Assembly: GCF_009914755.1 (NCBI RefSeq)
Contig: NC_060932.1
Strand: one strand, 5' to 3'
Source of the DNA: the human T2T-CHM13v2.0 reference genome, Homo sapiens
DNA length: 64,000 nt
The notes below the pieces were generated by a model. The model ran no database searches. It was not told the DNA's origin and worked only from the letters and a program-made list of their open reading frames with translations. Shown piece by piece: positions 27,010 to 43,720 of the stretch; the first letter of the stretch is position 1, and each line of letters starts with the position of its first letter. Position numbers and translations under genes: made by a program.

Positions 27010-27548
27010 ATTTTTTTTTTATTATACTTTAAGTTTTAGGGTACATGTGCATAATGTGCAGGTTAGTTACATAGGTATACATGTGCCATACTGGTGTGCT
27101 GCACCCATTAACTCATCATTTAGCATTAGGTATATCTCCTAAAGCTATCCCTCCCCCCTCCCCACACGCCACAACAGTCCCCAGAGTGTGATATTCCCCT
27201 TCCTGTGTCCATGTGTTCTCATTGTTCAATTCCCATCTATGAGTGAGAATATGCTGTGTTTGTTTTTTTGTTCTTGAGATAGTTTACTGAGAATGATGAT
27301 TTCTAATTTCATCCATGTCCCTAAAAAGGACATGAACTCATCATTTTTTATGGCTGCATAGTATTCCATGGTGTATATGTGCCACATTTTCTTAATCCAG
27401 TCTATCGTTGTTGGACATTTGGGTTGGTTCCAAGTCTTTGCTATTGTGAATAATGCCGCAATAAACATACGTGTGCATGTGTCTTTATAGCAGCATGATT
27501 TATAATCCTTTGGGTATATACCCAGTAATGGGATGGCTGGGTCAAATT
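27010..27548 (-). mobile_element. Young L1PA (L1PA2/3-like) 5'-truncated 3' end
   Basis: ttattatactttaagttttagggtacatgtgc 3'UTR, plus the ORF2 C-terminus (27226-27468: [19 protein letters not shown]). Confidence 0.95.
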
Positions 27549-27579
27549 TTTAAATATTTCAAAGGTTACCATCACAAGG

Positions 27580-28870
27580 CAGTTAAAATTTGTATTATGA
27601 AATATTTTCAAACACATATAAAAGAGAGAAAATAAACACCAGTGTACTTGCCAATCAGCTTTGCCAAACCCAAATATTTTGCAATATTTGTTTCAAATAT
27701 TGTTTTTAAGAAGTAAAATATTATAGAATGCAGCTAAATTTCCTCCTCCAACCCGTCTCATTTATCTTCCTCCCGCCCAAGATGTAACCACTATCCTGAA
27801 TTCAACATTTCTCATTAACATGCACACTTTTTGTTTTTGCTAAATATGTGTGTATATATTGTGTTCTAAAACTCAGTTTAAATAGTGTCATAATACTTAC
27901 AGTACTCTACCATTTTTCTTACCACATTAGATTTATAGATTTATTTTTCAGATATATCTATTTTGATGCATGTAGCCAGTTTATTATCTCAACAGTTTTA
28001 ATGTCATTATATTGAACATATCACTATATATAATACACACACAGATAAATAGGTAATATAGACAGAAAAAAAGATAGGTGAATAGAGAGAAGATAGATAG
28101 ATAGATAGATGATAGATAGATAGATAGATACATACATACATACATACATACATACATAAATATGTAGATAACTATTCCTCCGTTAATGGATATTTAGGTT
28201 GTTTCCAATTATTTGCTATTACATATCTCACCAACAGTGGTTGAGAATTTTAATTGTTCCACGTGCTTGCCAACTACTGGATTTTCACTTTTTTTAAGTA
28301 CTGCCTATCTAATACGTATGGCATAAAACTTGATTGTTGTTTCCATTTCCCTGATACTAGCAGGATTGAAAATAAATTTCATATGTTTGTGGGCCTCTCA
28401 GGGTTCTTCTGTGAATTTCTGCTTCACATTATTCACCCACTTTTCTCTAGTTGTTTTTATATATTCCAGACCTAACCATTTTTTGTTATATGCTTTACTA
28501 ATGTCCACCACTCCCTGGAATGTCTGTTCACTTTGATTCTGATGCCTTTTATTCTATGAAAGTTTTTCATTTTAATGAAAACCGATTCATCAAAATGTTC
28601 CTTTTTTGCTTACGTTTTTTGTGTCTTATTTTTTAAGCTCTGTCCTGCTTCAAGTTTAAATTTCTACCAAAAGTATTGATGTTTTACTTTTTACATGTAT
28701 GTGTTCCATAAAAAATCCACTGAGCAGATCCACTGCTCAAGTTCTATAAAAAAACTACAGAAATGTTGATTGGAATTGCATGGAATTTGTGGATTAATTT
28801 GGAGAAAAGTGGTATCTTTACAATAGCAAGGCTTTCCATCTATGCATTTGTATCTCTTTTAATCAAGTCT
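27580..28870 (-). mobile_element. Ancient L1ME-type element, 3' part (continues at 37150-38400)
   Basis: atggatatttaggttgtttccaattatttgctatt; ttgattggaattgcatggaatttgtggattaatttggagaa. Confidence 0.7.
28091..28158 (+). repeat. Compound (AGAT)n/(CATA)n tetranucleotide STR
   Basis: agatagatagatagatagatgatagatagatagatagatacatacatacatacatacatacatacata. Confidence 0.97.
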
Positions 28871-29078
28871 TAATTTGTGTTGTGGCAGATTCCGCTACTT
28901 GCCTTCTCAACAAACTGCTTTCTTCCTTGATAAGAAAATACAAATATGTTTTAGAGATGGCAATGTGTTCAGCTTCAGGTGACGAATACACAGTAGGCAT
29001 TCAATAAATAGCACCTACTTAATTATCATCATCCCCCTGGTCTACCATTTGGTAACCAAAGCGAAATAAAGTTCTAAG

Positions 29079-29290
29079 CAGGGGTCAGCAAACTACAGCC
29101 CACAGTTAGTCTGACCCACTTACAATTTTTATGAAGAAGTTTTTCTGGAACACAGCCAGGCCCATTTGTTTACATGTTGTCTATGTCTGCATTCGCACTA
29201 GAGCAGCAAAGTTGAATGATTGCAACAGAGACTATATATAGCCACCAGAGCCTATCTGGCCCTTTCACAGACAAAGTTGGCCAATCCCTG
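29079..29290. mobile_element. MER58A hAT-Charlie MITE
   Basis: Terminal inverted repeats caggggtcagcaaact...agttggccaatccctg, with internal ggaacacagcca...catttgtttac. Confidence 0.85.
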
Positions 29291-29607
29291 CCTTAGACGG
29301 TATTCTTTGCGAGATATTGGTTTGGAAGGTTCTATTCCTCTATGCCAGATGCTTATTGTTCCATACTTTGTTGCAACTAAAAGTGTCCATGGGGCCCAAT
29401 GTTGGCTGAATGTTTCTGGAAAGACTTTTAAACTCCTGATAAACGTAATGACCATAAAAGAAAAGCTTGCTATCACCAACTCTTCCATCTATTTCCTGCC
29501 TCAAACACAGATTTGATGCCTGGAACTTTGAGAGCTACTTTGCAATTATGGGGTAACTCTTATGGGGGGAAGAGCTAGAGGGCAAGCAATAAGCTTAAGG
29601 TGGCAGG

Positions 29608-30933
<1,326 letters not shown>

Positions 30934-31239
30934 ATGGCACAGCAAAAATGGGCAAAGCCTAGAACAATGCCGACATTGTTGAGTTGCCACAACAAACTAC
31001 CTTCAGATATATATTTTTTTAATTTATTATTATTTTACTTTAAGTTTTAGGGTACATGTGCACAATGTGCAGGTTAGTTACATATGTATACATGTGCCAT
31101 GCTGGTGTGCTGCACCCACTAACTTGTCATCTAGCATTACGTATATCTCCCAATGGTATCCCTCCCCACTCCCCCACCCCACAGCAGTCCCCAGAGTGTG
31201 ATGTTCCCCTTCCTGTGTCCATGTGTTCTCATTGTTCAA

Positions 31240-35069
<3,830 letters not shown>

Positions 35070-35132
35070 TATGATGTTAGCTGGTTATTTTACTCATTAG
35101 TTGATGCAGTTTCTTCCTAGTCTCGATGGTCT

Positions 35133-36149
35133 TTACAATTTGGCATGATTTTGCAGCAGCTGGTACCGGTTGTTCCTTTCCATGTTTAGCGCTTCCTTCA
35201 GGAGCTCTTTTAAGGCAGGCCTGGTGGTGACAAAATCTCTCAGCATTTGCTTCTCTGTAAAGTATTTTATTTCTCCTTCACTTATGAAGCTTAGTTTGGC
35301 TGGATATGAAATTCTGGGTTGAAAATTCTTTTCTTTAAGAATGTTGAATATTGGCCCCCACTCTCTTCTGGCTTGTAGAGTTTCTGCCAAAAGATCTGCT
35401 GTTAGTCTGATGGGCTTCCCTTTGAGGGTAACCCGACCTTTCTCTCTGGCTGCCCTTAACATTTTTTCCTTCATTTCAACTTTGGTGAATCTGACAATTA
35501 TGTGTCTTGGAGTTGCTCTTCTCAAGGAGTATCTTTGTGGCGTTCTCTGTATTTCCTGAATCTGAATGTTGGCCTGCCTTGCTAGATTGGGGAAGTTCTC
35601 CTGGATTATATCCTGCAGAGTGCTTTCCAACTTGGTTCCATTCTCCCTGTCACTTGCAGGTACACCAATCAGATGTAGATTTGGTCTTTTCACATAGTCC
35701 CATATTTCTTGGAGGCTTTGCTCATTTCTTTTTATTCTTTTTTCTCTAAACTTCCCTTCTCACTTCATTTCATTCGTTTCATCTTCCATCACTGATACCC
35801 TTTCTTCCAGTTGATCGCATCGGCTCCTGAGGCTTCTGCCTTCTTCATGTAGTTCTCGAGCCTTGCTTTTCAGCTCCATCAGCTCCTTTAAGCACTTCTC
35901 TGTATTGGTTATTCTAGTTATACATTCTTCTAAATTTTTTTCAAAGTTTTCAACTTCTTTGCCTTTGGTTTGAATGTCCTCCCATAGCTCGGAGTAGTTT
36001 GATCGTCTGAAGCCTTCTTCTCTCAGCTCGTCAAAGTCACTCTCCGTTCAGCTTTGTTCCGTTGCTGGTGAGGAACTGCGTTCCTTTGGAGGAGGAGAGG
36101 CGCTCTGCTTTTTAGAGTTTCCAGTTTTTCTGCTCTGTTTTTTCCCCAT
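35133..36149 (-). pseudogene. L1 ORF1p with premature stop
   Basis: ATG at 36149 opens a 1017-nt frame with an in-frame TGA at 35762-35760 (codon 130, CGA>TGA-type). The C-terminal part (REKGRVTLKGKPIRL, YPAKLS) is intact. Confidence 0.92.
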
Positions 36150-37072
36150 CTTTGTGGTTTTGTCTACTTTTGGTCTTTGATGATGGTGATGTACAGATGG
36201 GTTTTTGGTGTGCATGTCCTTTCTGTTCGTTAGTTTTCCTTCTAACAGACAGGACCCTTAGCTGCAGGTCTGTTGGAGTACTGGGCCGTGTGAGGTGTCA
36301 GTGTGCCCCTGCTGGGGGGTGCCTCCCAGTTAGGCTGCTCGGGGGTCAGGGGTCAGGGACCCACTTGAGGAGGCAGTCTGCCCGTTCTCAGATCTCCAGC
36401 TGTGTGCTGGGAGAACCACTGCTCTCTTCAAAGCTGTCAGACAGGGACATTTAAGTCTGCAGAAGTTACTGCTGTCTTTTTGTATGTCTGTGCCCTGCCC
36501 CCAGAGGTGGAGCCTACAGAGGCAGGCAGGCCTCCTGGAGCTGTGGTGGGCTCCACCCAGTTCGAGCTTCCCGGCTGCTTTGTTTACCTAAGCAAGCCTG
36601 GGCAATGGCGGGCGCCCCTCCCCCAGCCTCGCTGCCGCCTTGCAGTTTGATCTCAGACTGCTGTGCTAGCAATCAGCGAGACTCCGTGGGCGTAGGACCC
36701 TCCGAGCCAGGTGCAGGATGTAATCTCCTGGTGCGCGGTTTTTTTAAGCCCGTCGGAAAAGCGCAGTATTCGGGTGGGAGTGACCCGATTTTCCAGGTGC
36801 CCTCTGTCACCCCTTTGACTAGGAAAGGGAACTCCCTGACCCCTTGTGCTTCCCGAGTGAGGCAATGCCTCGCCCTGCCTCGGCTCACGCACAGTGCGTG
36901 CACCCACTGACCTGCACCCACCCACTGACCTGCACCCACTGTCTGGCAGTCCCTAGTGAGATGAACCCGGTACCTCAGATGGAAATGCAGAAATCACCCA
37001 TCTTCTGCGTTACTCACGCTGGGAGCTGTAGACCGGAGCTGTTCCTATTCGGCCATCTTGGCTCCTCCTCCC
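36150..37072 (-). promoter_or_regulatory. L1 5'UTR internal sense promoter and antisense promoter
   Basis: Intact YY1-type motif CAAGATGGCC (rc of 37051-37060), with many CpGs retained. Confidence 0.75.
36605..36910 (+). CDS. ORF0: L1 antisense ORF0 homolog, frameshift-extended to 101 aa
   Basis: The N-terminus MAGAPPPASLPPCSLISDCCASNQRDSVGVGPSEPG matches primate L1 ORF0. The sequence diverges after the T-run at ~36739-36745. Expression is unknown. Confidence 0.6.
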   Translation: MAGAPPPASLPPCSLISDCCASNQRDSVGVGPSEPGAGCNLLVRGFFKPVGKAQYSGGSDPIFQVPSVTPLTRKGNSLTPCASRVRQCLALPRLTHSACTH

Positions 37073-37149
37073 AGGTATTTTCTTAACTAAAGAATAAATG
37101 CCCTCATTATTTAAGCCCACTTTTCTTTTTCAAACAGCTGAAACTGCTG

Positions 37150-38400
37150 TTTTTACTAGATTTCTCAACATATTAGAATTTGTATTGCTATTGTAAAATA
37201 TAACCTTTCAAATTAGTTGTTTTCATAGTATGTTAATTTATTGGATTTTTGTATACAGATATTCAGATTCTGCTGAATTCTGTTATTAATTCTAATGAGA
37301 TCCCCTTGGGTTTTAATCACAAATATGTAAATATTATATATACATATTGACAGCATTTTTGCTGTTTTTCCAATCTTTATGCCTTTTTTCTGGTCGTGCT
37401 ATAACTAGTTTGTATCTCCAATACAATAATTAGTGAGCTTCCTGCTGTTGTTCCTGACTTCAAAGGGAATTATTCTGTTTATCATTAAGGATGCTATTTG
37501 CCATAGCATTTTCATAAATTCTTTTTATCAAGTAAAATTAATTCACTGCTATTGCTACATTGCTGAGAGTTTTTATAGTGAAAGAATATGAAGTTTTATC
37601 AGATAATTTTTCTGCATCTATTGAGATAAATTTTTTGTGTTATTTAATATTTAATATAGAGAATTACATCAATAGAGTCTATAATTTTAAACCTCTTTAT
37701 ATTCCTGAGCTATGCTCAATTTGACCATAATGTGTTACAATATTGTACACAAATACTGACATGCACACCCATACAAAAATATACAAACATATACATACAT
37801 GTGAATATAATATGAATGTCTATTTCATAATTGTTACTAAACCATAATTTTTCTTTCTTGTGCTGTTCTTGTCTGATTTTGTTATCAAGGTTATACTACC
37901 TTCATAAAATGAGGTGGAAAGTATTCCCTCTTTGCTCATTCTCCTTATTCAGTATTCAGTAATTAATATATTTAACAAATATTTATTTAGAACACGCTGT
38001 AAAATATACGGATTATTTGTTCCTTAAATGTTGAGGAGAATGTGCCTATGAATGATCTAGGCCTTGTGTGGGTTTTTTCTTTAGCTGTTTTTTTGTTATG
38101 GTTGTTGTTATATTTTTAACTGCTGCTACAATATCTTATAATATCTTTACCGGTTTATTTTTTCTTGTTATATTTATATTTTAGAAACAAGTTCTTGATG
38201 TGTTGCCCAAGGTGGACTCAAACTCCTCTGCTCAAGAGATCCTCCCACCTCAGACTCCTGAGTAGCAAGGACTCCAGGCATGTGCCGGTAAATGTTAGTA
38301 AGTTACATTTTCCTAGCAATTTTCCATTTCACTTGTTTTTAAAATTAATACATATTTTATACAATTTATTTTTTAACTTCATTGCAGCAAAGTCATTAAT
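37150..38400 (-). mobile_element. Ancient L1ME ORF2 remnant (continuation of 27580-28870), with a FLAM-like monomer at ~38180-38290
   Basis: gttcctgacttcaaagggaa; ttttctgcatctattgagata; tatcaaggttatactaccttcataaaatgag. Confidence 0.7.
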
Positions 38401-40592
38401 GTTATTTATTTTTTATTGACAAAAATTATTTATATTTATGTCGTACAACATGATGTTTTTGATATATATATATATACACTTTAGTTTTTAAATGTGTGAA
38501 TAAGGTTCTTCATAACTCCATCATAACAATGTTTGTATTTCTTACAATTATAATGTTTAAATTCATATTCCTACGGGATTATAAACTTCTTTAGGCCAGG
38601 CACTAGATAAATTCTGTATATGCCTTAGAACTTAGCACATGGTAGTCACTCATGTACAAATTATTGAGTGTGCAAATGTATGAATGAATGAATGAATGTC
38701 CACTTAAAGAAAACAATATGAAGCTCTTTTTTTAATCTTCAGCTCATAAGTTGTTTTGGTACACTTTTGTCCTTCTCTTATTTACTACTTCTTATTACAA
38801 TGCAGAAGTTAAAGCATGTAATTTAGGAGAACTTTGCTGCATTTAAAGGATAATTCAAACTCATTTTAGAAAATCATTTTATTACATTATGTAATATTTT
38901 ATATTTTTAATAACTTGATATCCGAAAACCAAATTTCGCTGCAACATGTTCAGAAAGTTTTCTTCCTTTTTGGAAATTGAACCTTTCTAACCAAGTAACA
39001 GTTGCTAAGGGATTTGGAATAGAGATTAGCATAGATTTGGGTGGCACAAGTGATCCTTTGTGCACGGTTAACAGTCTATTTTTCATTTATAAAATTAATA
39101 TCCGTGTCTGTGATTCCCACTAATACTAGTTTGAAAATAAGCTAAAGATAATCCTCTTCTCTTTAATTTCCATGGGGCCAGCACCACTTGATCTGATTAT
39201 GTAATGTCAAAAAACTCAAGTTTTACTGGCAGAGTGCATATCGTGCCTCTGTTCTAGTGCTAACAAGAGCCTTCAGCAATTAATTAAACTTCTATCTCTT
39301 CAAGGAGATTCACAACATACACTCAGGGACAGGCAGTCCAAGAAATCTGAATGTAGAAACATTTTAATTTTGTTGCCTCTGAAGTTTGGAAATTATTCAG
39401 ATTTATTTCTTTCACAAAAAAAGTCCATCATTTTGTCTTACTGGTCCATGTGCTTCCCACCAATCTTCCTCACTTTAGATCCTTATCCTCTTTTCCAAGG
39501 GTAGCATTTCCACTACCCCCATTTTCACTGGCTACGTACCTATTGAACCAAGGCTCAGGCTCAGATCTAGCAGTAGGGAGAGTTACCCAGCTGTGGCCAC
39601 TCCAGGTCTCACAGACAAGGAAGCCAGGTGTGGGCAAAGTCATGTGGACAGCCATCAGTCCTCTGCAGGACCTCATTCCTAGGACTCAGTGAGTACCTCC
39701 AAGTGTTTTGGGGATTTCCAGGCTCATCATGAATCTCCAAATAACTCCATTTAACCAACAAGATTTTTATCTCTAGATATGCTCCTCAAAGGCAGTTTTA
39801 TCATAGCCACAAAAGACAATAATGTGAGCCATGGAACTTCCTCAGGTCCACCAAGAGATGACAGAGCTGTTCCAAGATGCAGAGTGAGAACTAAGAACCA
39901 GCAAAACAAACATACCAAAAACACTACTCAAAAATGAATCGTTAGTTAGACGGTTGCTAATATTTCACTTGAATACATAACTGTGTGAGAGAAACAACCT
40001 TAAATATTAAAATACTAGATCTTTGCAAACTTTGTGATTAATTAATTCAGCAATATTTATGGAACATCTGCTATACAGTTGGCATCCTACTAGTTCTTGG
40101 GAAGAGTACAAAAATCATGTCTCTGTGGAGTTTATAATCCACTGAGAATGGTACAATATATCCTATAATTATATTTAAAAACATAATCCTAATTACTTTG
40201 AATTCTACCACTTATCCTCGTGTCAAAAGAGCAATTGTGCACATATGCTTCTATATTCTTCACAGCTCCTCGATTTCTAACTGTCTTCCAGGGGGAAAAA
40301 CATGTTAATTTCTCTTAAAAGAAACCATAAGCCACTGGAGTACAATGACACACAGTAATACAGGAGATCAACTTGAAGGAGAACCGCTTAAGTTGTGTAG
40401 GGTAAGGAGTAAGCCAGCGATTCTCGAACTTGGCTGAGGGCTGGCTACCTAATTTGTGGGGCCAGTGCAAAATAAAATGTAGGGCCCCTTGTTCAAACAC
40501 AGGGAAAAAAAAGTGTAATTAAAGTGTGAAATTTTCTTTTCTTTCTTCCACATTCTCTCTCTTGACTAGTAATGGTGTTTTTTATTTTCTAT

Positions 40593-41771
40593 TGTCATGT
40601 GGCACCTTGGCATTCTGAGTACTTTGATCTGAAGGACATTGGAAAGGCCTCACAGCCAAGGTCTCTTTGAGCTTTGCCTACCCTCCTGTCTCCTGACCCT
40701 CTTTCCCCTCTAAAGGGAGCCATAGAAACCGGAATTCCTCTTCCCCAGGGTGATCCATGGAAACTGGAATTCCTCTCACCCAAAGCATGCCATAAAACCT
40801 AAAAAGGTCACCTCCTCCCTTCTCCCTTGAATACCCTCATTCCAGAGCGATCTTGTCCTATACCCAGGTAGAAGGTGTAGAAGCAGAACAGTAGTGATCT
40901 CCTTCCTCCCTATCATAAAGGTCATGGCCCAACCTTCTATAACAAAGATTAATGAGGAAAACATAACAAATTTATTTGATCATTGTTTTATGAAACACAG
41001 GAGCCTTCAAAGTGAAGACCCAAAGATACAGGGAAAACTATCCATTTTTATGCTTAGGTTCAACAAAGAATGGACAGCCATGTAGAAATGTGACTGGACA
41101 AAAAGGTTATGATCTGTATGCCAGTAGACTGCGTGGGGAAACCACTGAGGCCTGTCCTTATTCCTGTTGACTTTGGGCAGCATTTCTTCCTCCCGGTTAT
41201 AGGGTAGGATACCTCTGGAATGAGGGTCTTAATTTCTTTATGACCAGTTGTTACACAGAAAAGCATGGGTAGGGAAGGGGTAGAGTAACATTTTTCAACT
41301 TTATGGCTGGCTTTGGAAAAAAAGGGTTCCATTTTCTATGGCCTGCCTTAGGGGAAAATGGAGCCAAGAGACAGGAGGGCAAGAGAAGGTAAGAGAAAAA
41401 CTTCTGCTTCTGAGGCTGCTTCCTAGAACTTGACTTTGGAGTATTGTTTTCTGAGTCCAAACAGAGGAATGCTACATAGACAGGACAAAAAGAATCTGAG
41501 CAGACAGGCCTTGCTGGACTTCCCTGTCGGTCTATTACCATGAGATCAGACCCTTTTGTCCAATCTCTTTCTACATGGCTGTCCATTCTTCACCAAACCT
41601 AAACATAAAATTAGATGGTTTTTCCTAAGTCTTTGGGTCTTCCTTTCTGAAACTTCTCACGGCATGTAAAATTTTCATTCAATAAATTTGTTATGCTTTC
41701 CTTTTTTTTTAACCTCTCTTTTGTTAACTAGGGATGAGTGAGGAAAGATATCACACCTTTTTGCCCCTACA
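40593..41771 (+). mobile_element. ERV1 solo LTR (MER39/MER34 group), outer
   Basis: tgt...aca ends, perfect 4-bp TSD ctat (40589-40592 / 41772-41775) and aataaa at ~41681. Confidence 0.8.
40876..41463 (-). mobile_element. ERV1 solo LTR (MER39-like), nested antisense
   Basis: The reverse complement begins tgtttggactcagaaaacaatactccaaag...gcagcctcagaagcagaagtttttctc; TSD aagg/gagg. Confidence 0.8.
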
Positions 41772-42402
41772 CTATTTGATCATGGTTTAAGAAAAGATAA
41801 AATCTCTAATTATTAGCATTAATTATCTTTTTCTTTTATATTATACAATGCCAGTTTTAAAAGCAAATATAAGAGCATGTAACTCATGTGCAAAACACCA
41901 AATTACCCAATTTGCTTTTCATACCTCATGCATGAATACACTGTGTATTTTGTTCTCACAAAATGAGTGGACATACCACACAAAACTAACTCAATTCACT
42001 TTTCAATTCCCACACATTCTACCAACACTCTCTACCTGTGGTTTACAGATGATTAAGGAAGGTCCAAGAGGAAAAGGTACTATAGGTTGCTCTCTCTTTC
42101 CCTTTCTTTCTATAAGAGAAAGCCTCAGTGTAAATGAAATGGCTGAGATGACGAGTGACATAGTACAAAAGGATTCAGTGGGGCTCCTTGGTCATTTGTA
42201 GTTCTTAACACATCATTGCACTTTCTGGTTTGAATGGAAAGCATAGCCTCTCTGGGCTGTCATCTCTCCACTTACTAAGCTGTAGATGTAGCCTGCTTAA
42301 CTTGTGCACACTGTGAGTGTCACCGAACTCCTCCTACATATCTTGGGCCCAGCAGAATTCAGTGCTCATGGGGCCATAGGTGAAGGCAATATGTGAGTGG
42401 TG

Positions 42403-43016
<614 letters not shown>

Positions 43017-43542
43017 TCACATGTAAAAAAACTCAGTTTCAAAAATAAAATAATTATTAACTTCAAGACAGTGACAGCAGAGCCTTAAACTAAGCATGGG
43101 TTCCCTCTGAGAACCAGTCCCTGAAGCCAACCATGCACATTGGATTCATCTGAGGAATTGAGGCCTGAGACTCATCTGTATAAGTTGTGATTTAATTGTA
43201 GCCTAGGTCTGATCATCAGAAATTTTACAAACTCTCAAAAGATTCTATGTGCAAGCAAGGTTGGGAAACACTGGGGTTAGAAGAGTCTAACATTATTTTT
43301 CAAAGTGAATTAAAGAACTCAGTAATAATCAAAGAAGTACGTATTAGGACATGAGTTACCACTTTATACCACACCATTAGAAAGAAGTTGTCTCTTTTTT
43401 TGTTAAAACCATCCAGGGCTCGTCAGCGTGTTGAGAATGAGCCTTCTCAAGTTTTGCTGAAATAAAAACTGGTCCTTGTTTAGAGGACATATTAATAGTA
43501 CTTACCAAACTTCTAATTACAGTTCATTACAGCAGCATTGTT

Positions 43543-43720
43543 TGAGAAGGAGAAGGAAGAGGAGCAGGGAGGGGGAAGAAGGAGAGGGAGAGGGAGAGGA
43601 AGAAGTAGCAGGAGAGGGAGAGGAAGAAGTAGCAGAAAAGGGACAAGAGGAGGAGAAGGAAGGGGAGGGGAGGAGGCAGAGGCGAGAAAGGAGGGAGGGG
43701 AGAGGAGAGGAGAGGAGACA
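43543..43720 (+). repeat. Polypurine (GA-rich) low-complexity tract
   Basis: ~175 nt of almost only G/A, with internal repeat ggagagggagaggaagaagtagca. Confidence 0.93.

Noticed and set aside
38990-39300. RFX half-site (gttgctaagg) and homeobox-like taatta motifs as an enhancer
   Set aside because: Short motifs in AT-rich DNA are not supportable without conservation data.
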